Source: Parasitella parasitica NRRL 2501 (Eukaryota; Fungi; Mucoromycota). From it: a DNA stretch of 64,000 nt. The DNA is taken from positions 93,942 through 157,941 of the forward strand of contig MU619285.1 in assembly GCA_025201805.1 (NCBI GenBank), in the 5' to 3' direction. The notes under the pieces are model-generated. The model was not told the origin of the DNA, did no database searches, and worked only from the letters and a program-made list of their open reading frames with translations. The position numbers were made by a program, and so were the translations under genes. Of this stretch, positions 25,145-36,774 are shown piece after piece (position 1 is the stretch's first letter; each line of letters begins with the position of its first letter).

Positions 25145-26446
25145 TAGTAGCGACTTTTTTATTACTTTTCCATTTTCATCATCATATACAAGCATCTGAT
25201 ACTGTGCCCTTTTCAAACCTGGCACAGCAAAATTGATAACGTATCTAGACTATTACGCATATGCAGAACAGCACTGCCATCTTTCAAGATTTTATCGTTA
25301 AAAATATACAAAGGATCATCTAAAGAATTGAATCCCAGCTTTGGGGTCTACTTCTATAATTAAATCCCAGACGTCAAAAAACGAAACCCTGCATGCAATC
25401 TGGCCCTGTCAAAAAGGTGTTCCTGAATTTATAATTCGATCACCGAAGGAATAATCACAGCGCATTGAATATAATCTTCGTCTATAATCGGCTCCATTTA
25501 GACTTAAACCAGGCTTTTTGTAAGCTGACAATCAGCCATAGTATTATTTCATGGCATGAGAATTTCCTACAGCTTTTTTTTAAAAAAAAATTGGATGGAC
25601 GAATTTTTGACAATTCCGAAATCATTCAGACTATTTTACATTAGATATGTCCGTCTTTTATATTGTTCCAAACTTTGAAATGAGTTTAATATTATCATAA
25701 GTTTAAAAAATCAAACGGATATAATTAAGTTTCAAGACTTTATTAAAAACTTCAAAGTGAAAAGAAAAATCATGTTTTTATTAAAACGAAGGTTCTGCCT
25801 GAAGCCTATCCTTGCCTGTACTTATAGGACCTTGGTCTCAATATTTCCCGGAAGTAAGTACTATTCCTAGTTTTTAATGGTAAAAACACTTGAAAAAAAA
25901 AGACACCATGAAAAATGCCCTACGATACAAATGTTTACATTGAATACTGTATATTCATCTTAAAACAATACGAAGCTGGTGATTTATAAGCGACGCTAAC
26001 ACATACATTTATTTAGTAAGTAAAAGTGTAATGATAAAGAGTCATTAAACAATTTTCCTATTATGTTTGGATAATATAATGCATTTTAGAATTAATTAGG
26101 TGTACATTTTAAAATAGTCTTAATTTTTACAAATACCTTATATGTTTAATCTAGCCTGATGTCGAGTATTTTCAATTCAAGAGGTACTGAAAAGACACAA
26201 GATAGTTTTTCATTTGGAAAAATGTTATAGAGTAAATGTAAATGTTAAATTTCACACATTCAGTCTTTTACAAAGCAACTAACAAATTTCATCAATGTTA
26301 TGAGGCTGTTCAAAATCTTGGCTCTTGCCGTCCACCCCGCCTTCGGTAGTTCAATCACGATACGATGTGGAGAAAGAGAAAAAAAAAAACTCTTTATTTT
26401 TCTTTGTTGCTTGTTTTCACTAGTTCCTTTCAATCAAATATCTGGA

Positions 26447-28777
26447 ATGGACATACAAACGAATGTGACCATGGACATGAATATGCACATGGCTATGGAC
26501 AACAAAAACGCTATGCCAGAGACTGATATTTTAGACGATGAAAGCAACTTACCAATACACTTTGTTGCGGCGAAAAGAATTACAATAAAAGATTATCTGA
26601 AGAAGCCTGAAGATTTCCGTAGTTTGGTACACGACTACTGTATTCGCAAAGGAAAGCCTTTGGTTATATCTGATATGAATACAATGCGTGGCTGGAATGA
26701 TGCTACCTTTTCATTAGATCAGTTGAAAGAATACCGTGGTGATTTCTGTAAGTTTTGAAAACTGTCATTATTTTTACTCTTTTTTTTTTAATAACAAAGA
26801 AACCCATATCATAGTATCTGTCCTGGATTTTCCTAATAATGAGAAAAAAGAGGTTGTTCTTGGTAAATTTATAGAGAAATTACAGCAAGAAAATAAACTT
26901 GACAGCAACCATTCATATAAATCACTGAGGGACAGCTCAAGGAAGGTCTATGCCAAAGATATATCTTGCCCAGAGGAGTATGGAGGCTCATTGAAAAAGA
27001 TAATCCCCGACTTTCTACTGCCACATGGTTCAGATGATCTGTTCTCTATTTTGCCTAGACGATTCCGTGCTGAAAACCTCATGTGCTACTTGGGTCAAGA
27101 CAATACTGGCACTCCTGTTCATCGCGATTTATGTGGAACTATGGGTCACAATCTAATGACAATGGGCAACCCTGATAGCTTTGCAGAATGGATTATCATT
27201 GAACATGAGTATCGAGATAAATTAGCTGCTATTTTGCGCCCATCACAAACTGAAGATCTAGTTGCAAACCTCTCTACTCCACCAAAATACACGAAAAGTT
27301 CATTCATGGAAAGTGATCGTGCTTGGCTTGAAAATTCAACGCTCGAAAATGCTTCATTTCAAGCTCAAGTTATTATTCAAAAGCTTGGTGACCTCGTCAT
27401 TATCCCTAGCCGTGCATACCATCAAGTGCGAAATGTAGGTGTCTCTATAAAGATAGCATGGAACCGAATTACAGCCCAAACACTTCAATACGCATTCGAA
27501 GATCAAATTCCATTGTATCAAACGATCATTCGCCCTGAAGTTTACAAATGTAAAGCTATTGTTTCATTGACATTGCAACATTGGAATACTCAATTGAAGC
27601 AGCTCCAGACTCGAAAGACGAAAGAGACAAGGTTCTACAAGTACCACGGATTCTATTCAAGAAGTAGCAGAGCTACTTTTTTCGAAAATTCAAGGATCCT
27701 GCTTGATTTGTTCTTGACTAATATCATTGCACCCGAGTTGCTTTACAACGATAACAAAGGAATTACTAAAGATGCAAAAGAAGAAGTATTCACAGTTCGC
27801 TGTGATTTCTGCTATGGCGATATCTTCCACCGCTACTATCATTGTGAAATCTGTAACAAGTATGACCTTTGTCTAAACTGCTACTCTATGGGACGCAGCT
27901 GCGAGCATGTCACTGAAATGAAGATGCATCAGAGCCCGAAAGGTCTTTTCATATATATCAAGCTTTATAGGGATTATGTGGAGAACCTCAATAAGGTTAT
28001 TGGCACCAGTCTTAATTATTATCTCGAGCAAGACAAAGAGAAGCCTCTATTAGAAATGTAAGCACACTCTTTCACATGTAAATATGATCTGACTTTCTTT
28101 AAATAGGAAACAATCAGAAGCATCTAATCTTGCAACTACATGTAGACGCCTGGAGAAATTCCGACGCAGCATGAAAGACCAGTTCAACACATTAAAATGT
28201 CAGCATTGCGGCTCAACAACAACTGTATCCGAGTTAGGCAATCAAGGTATTAGTTTAGCTTCTGTATTTAAGCGAGGTCTCTGCAGAAAGATCGAAAAGA
28301 AGAGATTTCAGCAATATGTGGACGTCTTTACTTGCAACGACTGCACTGCCAAATGTGACCAGTGTCTACCTTTGGAGAATGCCAACGAATCCTTAAAGGA
28401 TTACGATTTGGTTTACTATCTTCATCCAACCCATGACCCCAGAAACTGGGGCTGCTTTATTGATTTCAACGTTCAAAAGGTAAATCAAAGTTTGAGCATA
28501 CCATTGCTAAACTCAACACATTGACTCGCCCTTATTTTTGTAGACTTGTGATTTAGAAACTCAGGCACCTCCTACTCCTGCGCCTACGCTTACTCCTTCT
28601 CCTACGCCTACGCCTACTCCTACTCCTACTCCTACTCTTTCACCAAAGCTTGCAGCCAAACCCAAATCAACAACTAAACGAAAGCAAAGAGATGAAAATG
28701 ATGATACAGATACCCAAGAGAAAAAGAAAACTGGAGCCACCAAAGAAAAACGTAATCCAAAAGTAGCCAAAGAATGA
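26447..28777 (+). CDS. JmjC-domain protein with ZZ-like and further Cys-rich zinc fingers; exons 26447-26747, 26815-28057, 28107-28479, 28544-28777
   Basis: Fe(II) ligands 'GTPVHRD…AYHQVRN', 'CDFC…YHCEICNKYDLCLNC', a PT-repeat linker and a basic tail. Splice phases are consistent. Confidence 0.85.
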
Positions 28778-29088
28778 TTTTAATCAACAATAGCAGCAGC
28801 AGCAGCAGTAAAAGAAAAAAGTTACCATTTTAAACATAATTTGCAGTATAAACTAAAAGTGCTTGCACAGCCATCACCCTCCATTATTAGTACCACGAAT
28901 AGTTAGTTTATATAAAACTTGCAATGAACAGCAAAATAAAAATGAAGTGCATAAAATTAATTGATTAAGGTGCAATTAGAAGATGATTTATTATATGTAT
29001 ATGCTGGCGTTTTTCACCAAAATTGTATGATGTTTATGATTTATTTATATGTAAAAGTGTCGAAAAAACAAAGTATCATCACCTTAGA

Positions 29089-31297
29089 TTAACCCATTAG
29101 CCGCTTAAGATCTGTTAATCTTTGTCTCAATCCTTCCCTTTCGTTTTCACTTTCCGTGTATTTATCTTTAATTTCGATTATCATGTTTTCCATGTAAGCC
29201 AATTGATCTTCAAGGGCAGAGTTTCTCTCTACAAGGGCTGCGTTTTTAGTATACAATATTTCCATTTCTTCCTTGACTCGAGCTTCAACTTCTGCAGGCA
29301 AAGTTTCTAATGCTTTCTTTAGATCGTTTGATTGCTGACGGAGGGCTTCGTTTTCGTCATGGATGCGTGCAATGTCCATCTTGGCTGTTATCAATTCTGT
29401 CGCAACTTCTGTGTGCTCCTTGTTTAAATCGCTATACTCCAAATCCATTCTTTTTATTGATTCAGCCAGTGCTTTGTTTTGACGTTTAAGTGCTTCTATT
29501 GCTTCTGCCTCGTTATTCGCTCTAGCAGATTCCACTTGATAGTCTTTTGCTAATCGCTCGAGTCTTTTGGACATGACGTGGATTTGAAAAGCGTCTTTTA
29601 CTAACTGATTAGCGTCATCCTAAGGAAAATAATCATGAGTATTCAATACTTAAGTAGATATTTGCGCATATTACTATGTAAGCAACGAGTAAATCATTCT
29701 TTAAAAAGTTGATCAAATCATCAAATTCAAGACTGAGGATGGTCGATTGACTTTTCTCTAGCAGCGCAATAGAGAAGCGGTGTAATGTCTCTATCCCCTC
29801 AGCAAATATCATATCATAGATTCGAAAGACCGTATCCAAGGGAAATTTGAATGCGAACAAAGTGCTGAACCATTGATATGCGTATACGTTTGATCGAATT
29901 CCATGTACTTCGAAATGCCTTTGAGTGTGTGGTAAATGGTCTGCTACTAGGCCTTCCAATTGGTATAATCGTTGTGATAACAGTTCTGACTGAGGCAGGA
30001 AATGACCTCTCAAGTCATATTTGTTCATTAGCTGAACGATAACGCAAAACGCCTCTTCTTCTGGCATCTATATTTGTATCAGCATGTTTATTTGTGTGCA
30101 CATGCAGCTAATGACAACACTTACATTCAAGAGCAAAGGACCAGCGATATGCAATAACCCTTGGCTGTATCCCACCTCTGTATCATACAGAGAATATGCT
30201 TTCACTACATTAAAAAGTGCCTCCTGGCCGTCTTGATCTGTGAAGTATTCATGGTTTATAAAAGAAGCTCTCGGTAAATCTCTTGCGATGGCCTTTTCGT
30301 AAACAGACTCCTCTTTAAGTAGTTGCATATATTGTTCTTCGAGTTTCACATTTTTGCTTTTTGCAAACAACTGCCATATCATGCCACGAAGAGTTGGCGG
30401 AATCCCTCTTTGAATGTTGTATGACAATACTTTTGACTCTGACTTGGCAACACTGCTAAAGTCTGAAATAACTTTTGACCAGAACTCTATGTTATGAACA
30501 AGGAGCAAAAACAAAATGAGAAGGGGGGGAAGAGAGAGAGAGAGGGAAAGGGAGGGGGAGAGGAAGCACATTTAGTGCATTAGTTTTATAGAAAAACAAA
30601 GGTTTACAACTTGCTTACCCCAATCTATTTCGTCTTCATCGCCTTTACATACAGTGTCATTATAGACTTTATCAAACGAATGTCTTTTATCTTGAGTTGG
30701 AGTATTCAGTGTGCTAGTACTAGTTGAGGAAGCTGTATCTTTTGACCCTAATCTAGCCAATAGCAAGTCATAATTAGATGCACTTGAAGCAAAAGAATGG
30801 ATCGAGGATATTGTAGAACGATGACTTTGGTGTCTGTTATGTCCTGTTACCAGATCATCATCATTATCATCGAAATCTGAATCTGATAGGTTATGGTTAC
30901 CATCGATAAACGATTCATCTAGCTCATGGATTTGGTCCTGGAGATTCATATCATCAAACGCTTCGGTGACTGTAGCATTTGAGTGCTGTTCCCCTGACTT
31001 CTTTTCATTGTTTGCTGCTAACTTTTCAGCTTCTCCTGGCCGGTTGTTTTGAGTCACTGTTAAAGCACGACCACGGTGTTGCTTTATGGTGGGTATACTG
31101 GTTGCTATGACATCCTTTTCATTTTGCTGCTGTAGCTCGGCGATCGTATCCAAGGAATCATGATCTGCATCATCGGAATATGTGTCTGCAATTGAACTCT
31201 GATTGGAGCGAATGGTAATTGCAGATCCATCTATAATTAATGAATCATCTTGCTTGTTGTTGTCGTTAACAGGTTTGTGAATCGCTATTTCCGCCAT
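29089..31297 (-). CDS. Rab GTPase-activating protein, TBC domain + coiled coil (Gyp5/EVI5-like), 4 exons
   Basis: 'GIPPTLRGMIWQ', 'IARDLPR', 'VGYSQGL', 'YAYQWFSTLF' and a C-terminal coiled coil. Confidence 0.9.
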
Positions 31298-32339
31298 TGC
31301 AGTTCAAGATAGTAAATAAGGTATGTGGTATGTGTGGATATGTAAACAAATAGATGAATAAAAATAGGAGGTAGATTAAACAAGTGGAAAAAGGTTGGAG
31401 AGAGAGAGGAAAAAGGAAAAGAAGGGCTAATCCCAAATGCACTCATTCTAATCACTTGGAGTCACATTAAAGTTGGTTCTTTGATGCACAGGGTGTATAC
31501 ATAGTGTAACACAGAGTGAAAATTAGATGTGGTTCCTTTTGCACGGTGCATTTAGATTGACAAACTGTTCGATCTAGACTTTGATATACTGTACTTCAGA
31601 ATTTTTGCTGTATCTAATAAACATTTGAAGTTTGGATCCAATATAATGAAAGTCAGAGAATATGTACCCATTCTACGGTTATTTCAAAATGTTAGCAAAA
31701 CGGTAAATGCTCAGCTGCATGTGGTTTTACTGACATTCACTGCATATTTTATATCATACAATTCTTTCTTGATCTGTTCGCACTCTCAAGAAGCAATATT
31801 AGTATAATTGTCTGCTTATTTTGAATGGAAATATGTACATATCAACACCACTTTAGGATTTTAATAGCTTAGGCACTTCTCAGTTAGTTCTCTTGAAAAA
31901 GTGGCCACTTCGTCTTAAATAAATTGAACTGCTGTAGACATCATTTAGGTCACTTCAATGCTTTTGAGTTCACTAGTCATGATGATAGAGTGCTTATGTT
32001 GGATCTAATAATTGAAATTTACTGTTCCATACTTCGAATTTGTAGGAATGGTGTAAATGTAGGAGTATCCCTTTTTATGATAAATAGCTAGAATTGCATT
32101 ATCGATTCTGATATTATCAAATGTTCGAATTCCAAACTGTTTTCCTTTATCTGTTAAGCCCTCTGCTGAGACTTTCAGGTATATAATACCATACACAAGT
32201 ATGATAAGCAACATTTGAAGTTGATATGGCCAGAATTAGGACAATGAGCTGTGCATTACCAAGTCACCAATACAAATAGCGTGTCATTGCTAAAAGCTGG
32301 TTTTCGTTTTACTGAGGCGATCAATTGTGTTTATATAAA

Positions 32340-32827
32340 ATGAGTGATAAAAAATGGGAAGAATATAACGAAGGTATAAAATACGCATAGTATGTTAATA
32401 TACATTAGCATTAAATTCATCATAAATTACAGAAATAGAAGACGAAGATTTGATCATGGAAGAGGGCGACGTAGATGACGAAGATGAGGACGAAGGAACT
32501 AACGCTGTATACCCAGAGAGTTTCTCTAAAGCCAGTGGTAGTAGCAATAGTAGCAATGTAGCTTCGCCCAGATTTGGAATGACATCACAAGGCGACTTTT
32601 CATGCTTTGATATGAACGCAGGCGCTTCGCCCATACATGGCTGGAACGATGCAATCGACGAAAAGGGAGAATCAGTAGCGCTTTTAATGCATTTGGAAAA
32701 GACGGTTGTTCACCAGAATTTCTTTAACAGTAAGCAAAAAACTTGGAATGATTTTCATTCAAGGCAAATATTAATAATCCATCGAATAGACTTTAGTGAT
32801 GATTTCGATCAAGAAGACTTGGCATAA
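32340..32827 (+). CDS. COPS9: COP9 signalosome acidic subunit CSNAP/COPS9-like; exons 32340-32373, 32433-32729, 32790-32827
   Basis: Spliced C-terminus 'LLMHLEKTVVHQNFFNNFSDDFDQEDLA*' matches the CSNAP F/D-rich tail (VHxDFFNDFxDxFDxxD). Highly acidic protein. Confidence 0.75.
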
Positions 32828-32865
32828 ATTCAGTTATCATTCATTCGAATGTTTATTTACAAAGG

Positions 32866-34590
32866 CTACTCTAATAAATCATCAGCCTCTCCTTCCATCA
32901 ATGTATCACCAACGACTTGATGCACCTTTTTCCAATGAACTCTTTCCTGATTTCCAGTATCACGATCACGGATAGTTACAGTTTCGTCCTCCAAGCTTTG
33001 ATAGTCGACAGTGATGCACCAGGGCGTGCCAATTTCATCATGACGGTAATATCTCTTGCCAATCTTCAACTTTTGAGATTCAACTACTGTGAACAATCCT
33101 TTGCGTCTCAACGATTTGGCCACCTTTTGTGTAAGTGAGTTGAAATCAGGTTTACCAGTCAATGGCATGATTGCGCATTTGATAGGCGCTAATCGAGGAT
33201 CTAATTTGAGAACGTTGCGAGGCGGCTTTCCTTTGCCATCCTCAATTTGATGAAATGCATCGCATAAATAGGCCAGCATGGCCCGATTCAGGCCACATGA
33301 ACTTTCAACTACGTGAGGCACGTATCGAGCAGGCAATTCTGTGGGTATTAAATCGGCCTCTCCTTCACCAGACTCCTGAATAGCATCAGAGAAAACAGGT
33401 TGCATTTCTTCCACAATTTCAAAGTTGGCGCCTGTGTTTTTGATGTGTTGCGTTAAATCGTAATTGCCTCTGTGCGCTACACCCTCAATTTCTCCCCAGC
33501 CCCAAGGATAAAGATATTCGACATCGGTACAGCCAGTAGCGTAATGAGCCATTTCATCAGATGCATGATCTCGCTGCCTAAAGTTTTCCGGATGGCAAGC
33601 ATGTTCCAACCACCAGTTGTACCTCTCTTTACGCCAATATTTAAAGTAATACTTTGCTTCCCAAGGCGCAACAAAATATTCCAGTTCCAATTGCTCGAAC
33701 TCGGGGGTTCTGAAGATACCATGTTCCAAGCGAATTTCGTTCCTGAATGATTTGCCAACTTGCGCAATGCCAAACGGAGGCTTTGTCTTCATGGTGCGAA
33801 CGACCTGCTCAAAATTAACAAAAACGCCTTGTGCTGTCTCTGGTCTAAGATATACTGTGCTCGGCTTAAGAACATCGTCTACAGCCTCCCGAATGACAGG
33901 CTTTATATCGTTGGGATGGTCTATAGTTGTTTGAATGACACGATCGATTGGGTCAATAGGGTCCAAAAAGGTCTTAAACATCAAATTGAAAGGCCTGCTA
34001 TCTGTCAAAAAGGGTGAGTTAGAGTTTGGTTCGACATAGCCATTATAGGGTAATTCCAATGGCTGTTGATGCTGATCCATCATTTCAAAAATAATCTTTC
34101 CATTTTGCCCTTTCTGATCAGGCTGACATATATTGGTGGTGTGTAGCAAGATGCATTTCCCGTCAACCGTCATCTTGACATTAGGAGCGAATTGTTCTCG
34201 AATGGGTTTTATCCAGGTGAGAGCTGTCTTTTTATCAGGTGCTGTAATGGGTATGTTCCCGTTTTTATCAGTGATTATTGCAGGTGCTTTATCGGGTCGA
34301 AAACGCTCTTTGGTAAGTGTACAATCAACCAGCAAATCAGTAAATTCATCAACATGACCCGAGGCCTTCAATACGGGATGGGGTGTCAAAATGCTCGTAT
34401 CCAGTCCAACAACATCATCACGATAATAGACATGGCGCCGCCACCAGGAGTTGAGGATGTTCTTCTTCAATTCAACCCCTAATGGTCCATAATCATAAGC
34501 ACCTCTTAATCCACCATAAATCTCTGCTGATTGATATAAAAATCCTCGGCGTCTGCATAGATCAAGCAATGAACGAAACTTTTGTGCCAT
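32866..34590 (-). CDS. Bacterial (Thermus/GlyQS)-type homodimeric glycyl-tRNA synthetase, POLG2-related; intronless. True start may lie in the N gap.
   Basis: 'LCRRRGFLYQSAEIYGG…YDYGPLGVELKKN', 'YLRPETAQG', motif 2 'GKSFRNEI…EFEQLELEYF', motif 3 'VESSCGLNR' and anticodon domain 'IGKRYYRHDEIGTPWCITVD'. Lacks the eukaryote-type insertion after motif 2. Confidence 0.88.
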   Translation of the reverse strand: MAQKFRSLLDLCRRRGFLYQSAEIYGGLRGAYDYGPLGVELKKNILNSWWRRHVYYRDDVVGLDTSILTPHPVLKASGHVDEFTDLLVDCTLTKERFRPDKAPAIITDKNGNIPITAPDKKTALTWIKPIREQFAPNVKMTVDGKCILLHTTNICQPDQKGQNGKIIFEMMDQHQQPLELPYNGYVEPNSNSPFLTDSRPFNLMFKTFLDPIDPIDRVIQTTIDHPNDIKPVIREAVDDVLKPSTVYLRPETAQGVFVNFEQVVRTMKTKPPFGIAQVGKSFRNEIRLEHGIFRTPEFEQLELEYFVAPWEAKYYFKYWRKERYNWWLEHACHPENFRQRDHASDEMAHYATGCTDVEYLYPWGWGEIEGVAHRGNYDLTQHIKNTGANFEIVEEMQPVFSDAIQESGEGEADLIPTELPARYVPHVVESSCGLNRAMLAYLCDAFHQIEDGKGKPPRNVLKLDPRLAPIKCAIMPLTGKPDFNSLTQKVAKSLRRKGLFTVVESQKLKIGKRYYRHDEIGTPWCITVDYQSLEDETVTIRDRDTGNQERVHWKKVHQVVGDTLMEGEADDLLE

Positions 34591-34609
34591 CTCTTTTGGA
34601 GGGTTTTTT

Positions 34610-34777
34610 NNNNNNNNNNNNNNNNNNNNNNNNNNNNNNNNNNNNNNNNNNNNNNNNNNNNNNNNNNNNNNNNNNNNNNNNNNNNNNNNNNNNNNNNNNN
34701 NNNNNNNNNNNNNNNNNNNNNNNNNNNNNNNNNNNNNNNNNNNNNNNNNNNNNNNNNNNNNNNNNNNNNNNNNNNNN
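34610..34777. other. Assembly gap between the divergent GlyRS-like and SOM1 genes
   Basis: Run of N flanked by T and A homopolymers. Confidence 0.98.
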
Positions 34778-34804
34778 ATAAAAAAAAAAAAAAAAACAAT
34801 CATA

Positions 34805-35189
34805 ATGACAGACAATCATGATGAGTCTGGTATCCCGCAGAATTGCAAATTATATGAAACGGTTCAATATCAGTGCGAAGTTACTCGATACAACATAGAA
34901 TGCACCCCTTTTGTTCGGCTATTCCTAAGGTAAATTCAAAGTTGATGGTTAACGTATGCTGGTTGTCATGGTAACCCAAATGATAGATGTAAAGGTTTGC
35001 CTACAGTCGAAGTGACACCCGAATACGATCAATATGGCAATCCTATATCAAAGTTAGTATATTATCGTCATTTGTTGATAGATTAGCGGTACTAAATATA
35101 AACCCTTCATCTTATTTATTCATAGAGCATCACAAGCAGCGAAACCTTTGCCCATAAAAGGAGATGAAAATCCATCATCTGAAAATTAA
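34805..35189 (+). CDS. SOM1: Mitochondrial inner-membrane peptidase subunit Som1-like; exons 34805-34929, 34987-35052, 35126-35189
   Basis: Spliced MTDNHDESGIPQNCKLYETVQYQCEVTRYNIECTPFVRLFLRCKGLPTVEVTPEY… shows the Som1 pattern C.L….QY.C…C.P..RLF..C…VE.T. Consistent phase-2 introns. Confidence 0.75.
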
Positions 35190-35376
35190 GCATTTTACAT
35201 ATACCTACTTTACCTTAAAACCTCTCCTTTTTAATTTGTACAGTTTATATGTATATATTTATACAATGATATATTAAAACGAATTTTTTAATTAATCATA
35301 CTTGAGATTTGGGTATAAAAGAGCTTTTGTAACTGTTCAAACTCCCGTTGTTTTTCTTCACATTTTCGTATTCAAA

Positions 35377-36396
35377 ATGACCCGTACTGTACCTGCATTT
35401 TGTGCTTTTCTGGCATGTTCTTTATTGACAGTTCAAGCTCAAACATCCGATATTGCTGCTCCTTATAATGCCATGGCGTCTATTTACGAAAATATGATAA
35501 ACTACTTTCATGAACATCCATTCACAGACGCATCCGGAAAGCCATCTCAAGCATTTCAAAACATGCTTCAACAAATGCAGACTGCAGATTCATCTAACGC
35601 AAATGCTGCTACGAACTCTGCTACTGATACGCAAAGATCTGCTGACATAGCTGTACCTGCTGCTCCTGCAATTGCCGCCAATGTAGTATTGCCTGCTGCT
35701 CCACCTATTGCTAACCCCAATGTTGTGACCAAGGTTGCTCCTGCTGATATTCCCATTGCATTGGCTGCCGGAGTTCCTGCATCAGTTGCTGCTGCTGCCG
35801 CTATTCCTCCGAATCAACCAGGTAGCTCAGCATCTCAAGAGCCTAATGTAAATCGTAACCCGTCTGCGCCTGTCACTCCTGCAGTACCTGAGACTCCAGC
35901 TATTGCACCTCAAGCGCCAGCTGTGGCGCCCCAATCTTCACCTGTAGTGCCCCAAACGCCCAACGTAGTGCCCGAAGCTCCTGTCGTTGTCCCAACCACT
36001 GGGGCTTCTTCTGCAGTTGAACCTGCACCTGCACCCATGCCTGATAATGTTCCAAGTAATCCATCAGTTGAAGCAGCTTCTATTGTACCTGTATCTACAC
36101 TTTATGGCTCTCAAACCTCCGCTGCAATACCAGCACAACCATCGACTACGGCTGTCCCTCCTTCGACTGCAGGAACTTCGCTGATGTCTAGAACTAACGC
36201 CATGAGTACTGCATCTTTATCTGCTACTCGATCTCTCCCAAGCAGCTTGTCTGCTTCTCGATCAGCCTCTGCCTCAGCTACTTCTACAATCCCTCCTATT
36301 TCTTCTTCCAACAATTTGCAACAAAGCAATAATATTGTTCTCTCAATGGCATTGGGTTTGGCAATTCTCTTTGTTACGATGGCCTCGTCCTTTTAG
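35377..36396 (+). CDS. Secreted Pro/Ala/Ser/Thr-rich, probably GPI-anchored cell-surface protein
   Basis: Signal peptide (MTRTVPAFCAFLACSLLTVQA), low-complexity body, and an omega-site-like 'SSS' followed by a hydrophobic C-terminus. Confidence 0.82.
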   Translation: MTRTVPAFCAFLACSLLTVQAQTSDIAAPYNAMASIYENMINYFHEHPFTDASGKPSQAFQNMLQQMQTADSSNANAATNSATDTQRSADIAVPAAPAIAANVVLPAAPPIANPNVVTKVAPADIPIALAAGVPASVAAAAAIPPNQPGSSASQEPNVNRNPSAPVTPAVPETPAIAPQAPAVAPQSSPVVPQTPNVVPEAPVVVPTTGASSAVEPAPAPMPDNVPSNPSVEAASIVPVSTLYGSQTSAAIPAQPSTTAVPPSTAGTSLMSRTNAMSTASLSATRSLPSSLSASRSASASATSTIPPISSSNNLQQSNNIVLSMALGLAILFVTMASSF

Positions 36397-36774
36397 ACGG
36401 TGGTGATCATGAGTTCAATTTATCAGTTTTATCTTCTTTTTTTTTTAACATTACTTTAATCACCTTTTGCCTGAAAATAGTAAAATAATTACGTAGTTAC
36501 CACACATTTGCACTTTCATATCATAATAAATACAAAGAATTAATCATGAAACACACATGCGACTAATCTAATTTTATATAACACGCTATCTTACCATTTA
36601 ATCAAGATTTCAAAGAGGAATACATTGCTAAAAGCATCTACTAGTATGAGCAATCTTGAACTGTTGATGTTTATATGCCACATATTTCAGGTCACAGATT
36701 CGCCCAAAATTTACGGTGTAGATGTCCAGACAGCTCAAGTCGACAGTCGATTCTTTTCGTGTATAAATATTTGA

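Noticed and set aside
28561-28770. Minus-strand GV-repeat ORF
   Set aside because: Antisense shadow of the PT-repeat last exon of the JmjC gene.
32005-32214. Possible small secreted protein (MLLIILVYGIIYLKVSAEG…)
   Set aside because: Signal-like start, but no recognisable domain or convincing downstream exon structure.
32866-34590. Bacterial contamination as the source of the GlyQS-type gene
   Set aside because: The 3' end is contiguous with the spliced CSNAP gene without a gap, and the composition resembles neighbouring genes. Long-read confirmation of the 5' side is still desirable.
32866-34815. 649-aa ORF spanning the N gap as the true GlyRS N-terminus
   Set aside because: The ORF reads through Ns, and its upstream ATG overlaps the SOM1 start on the other strand. 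The first supported Met is at 34590.
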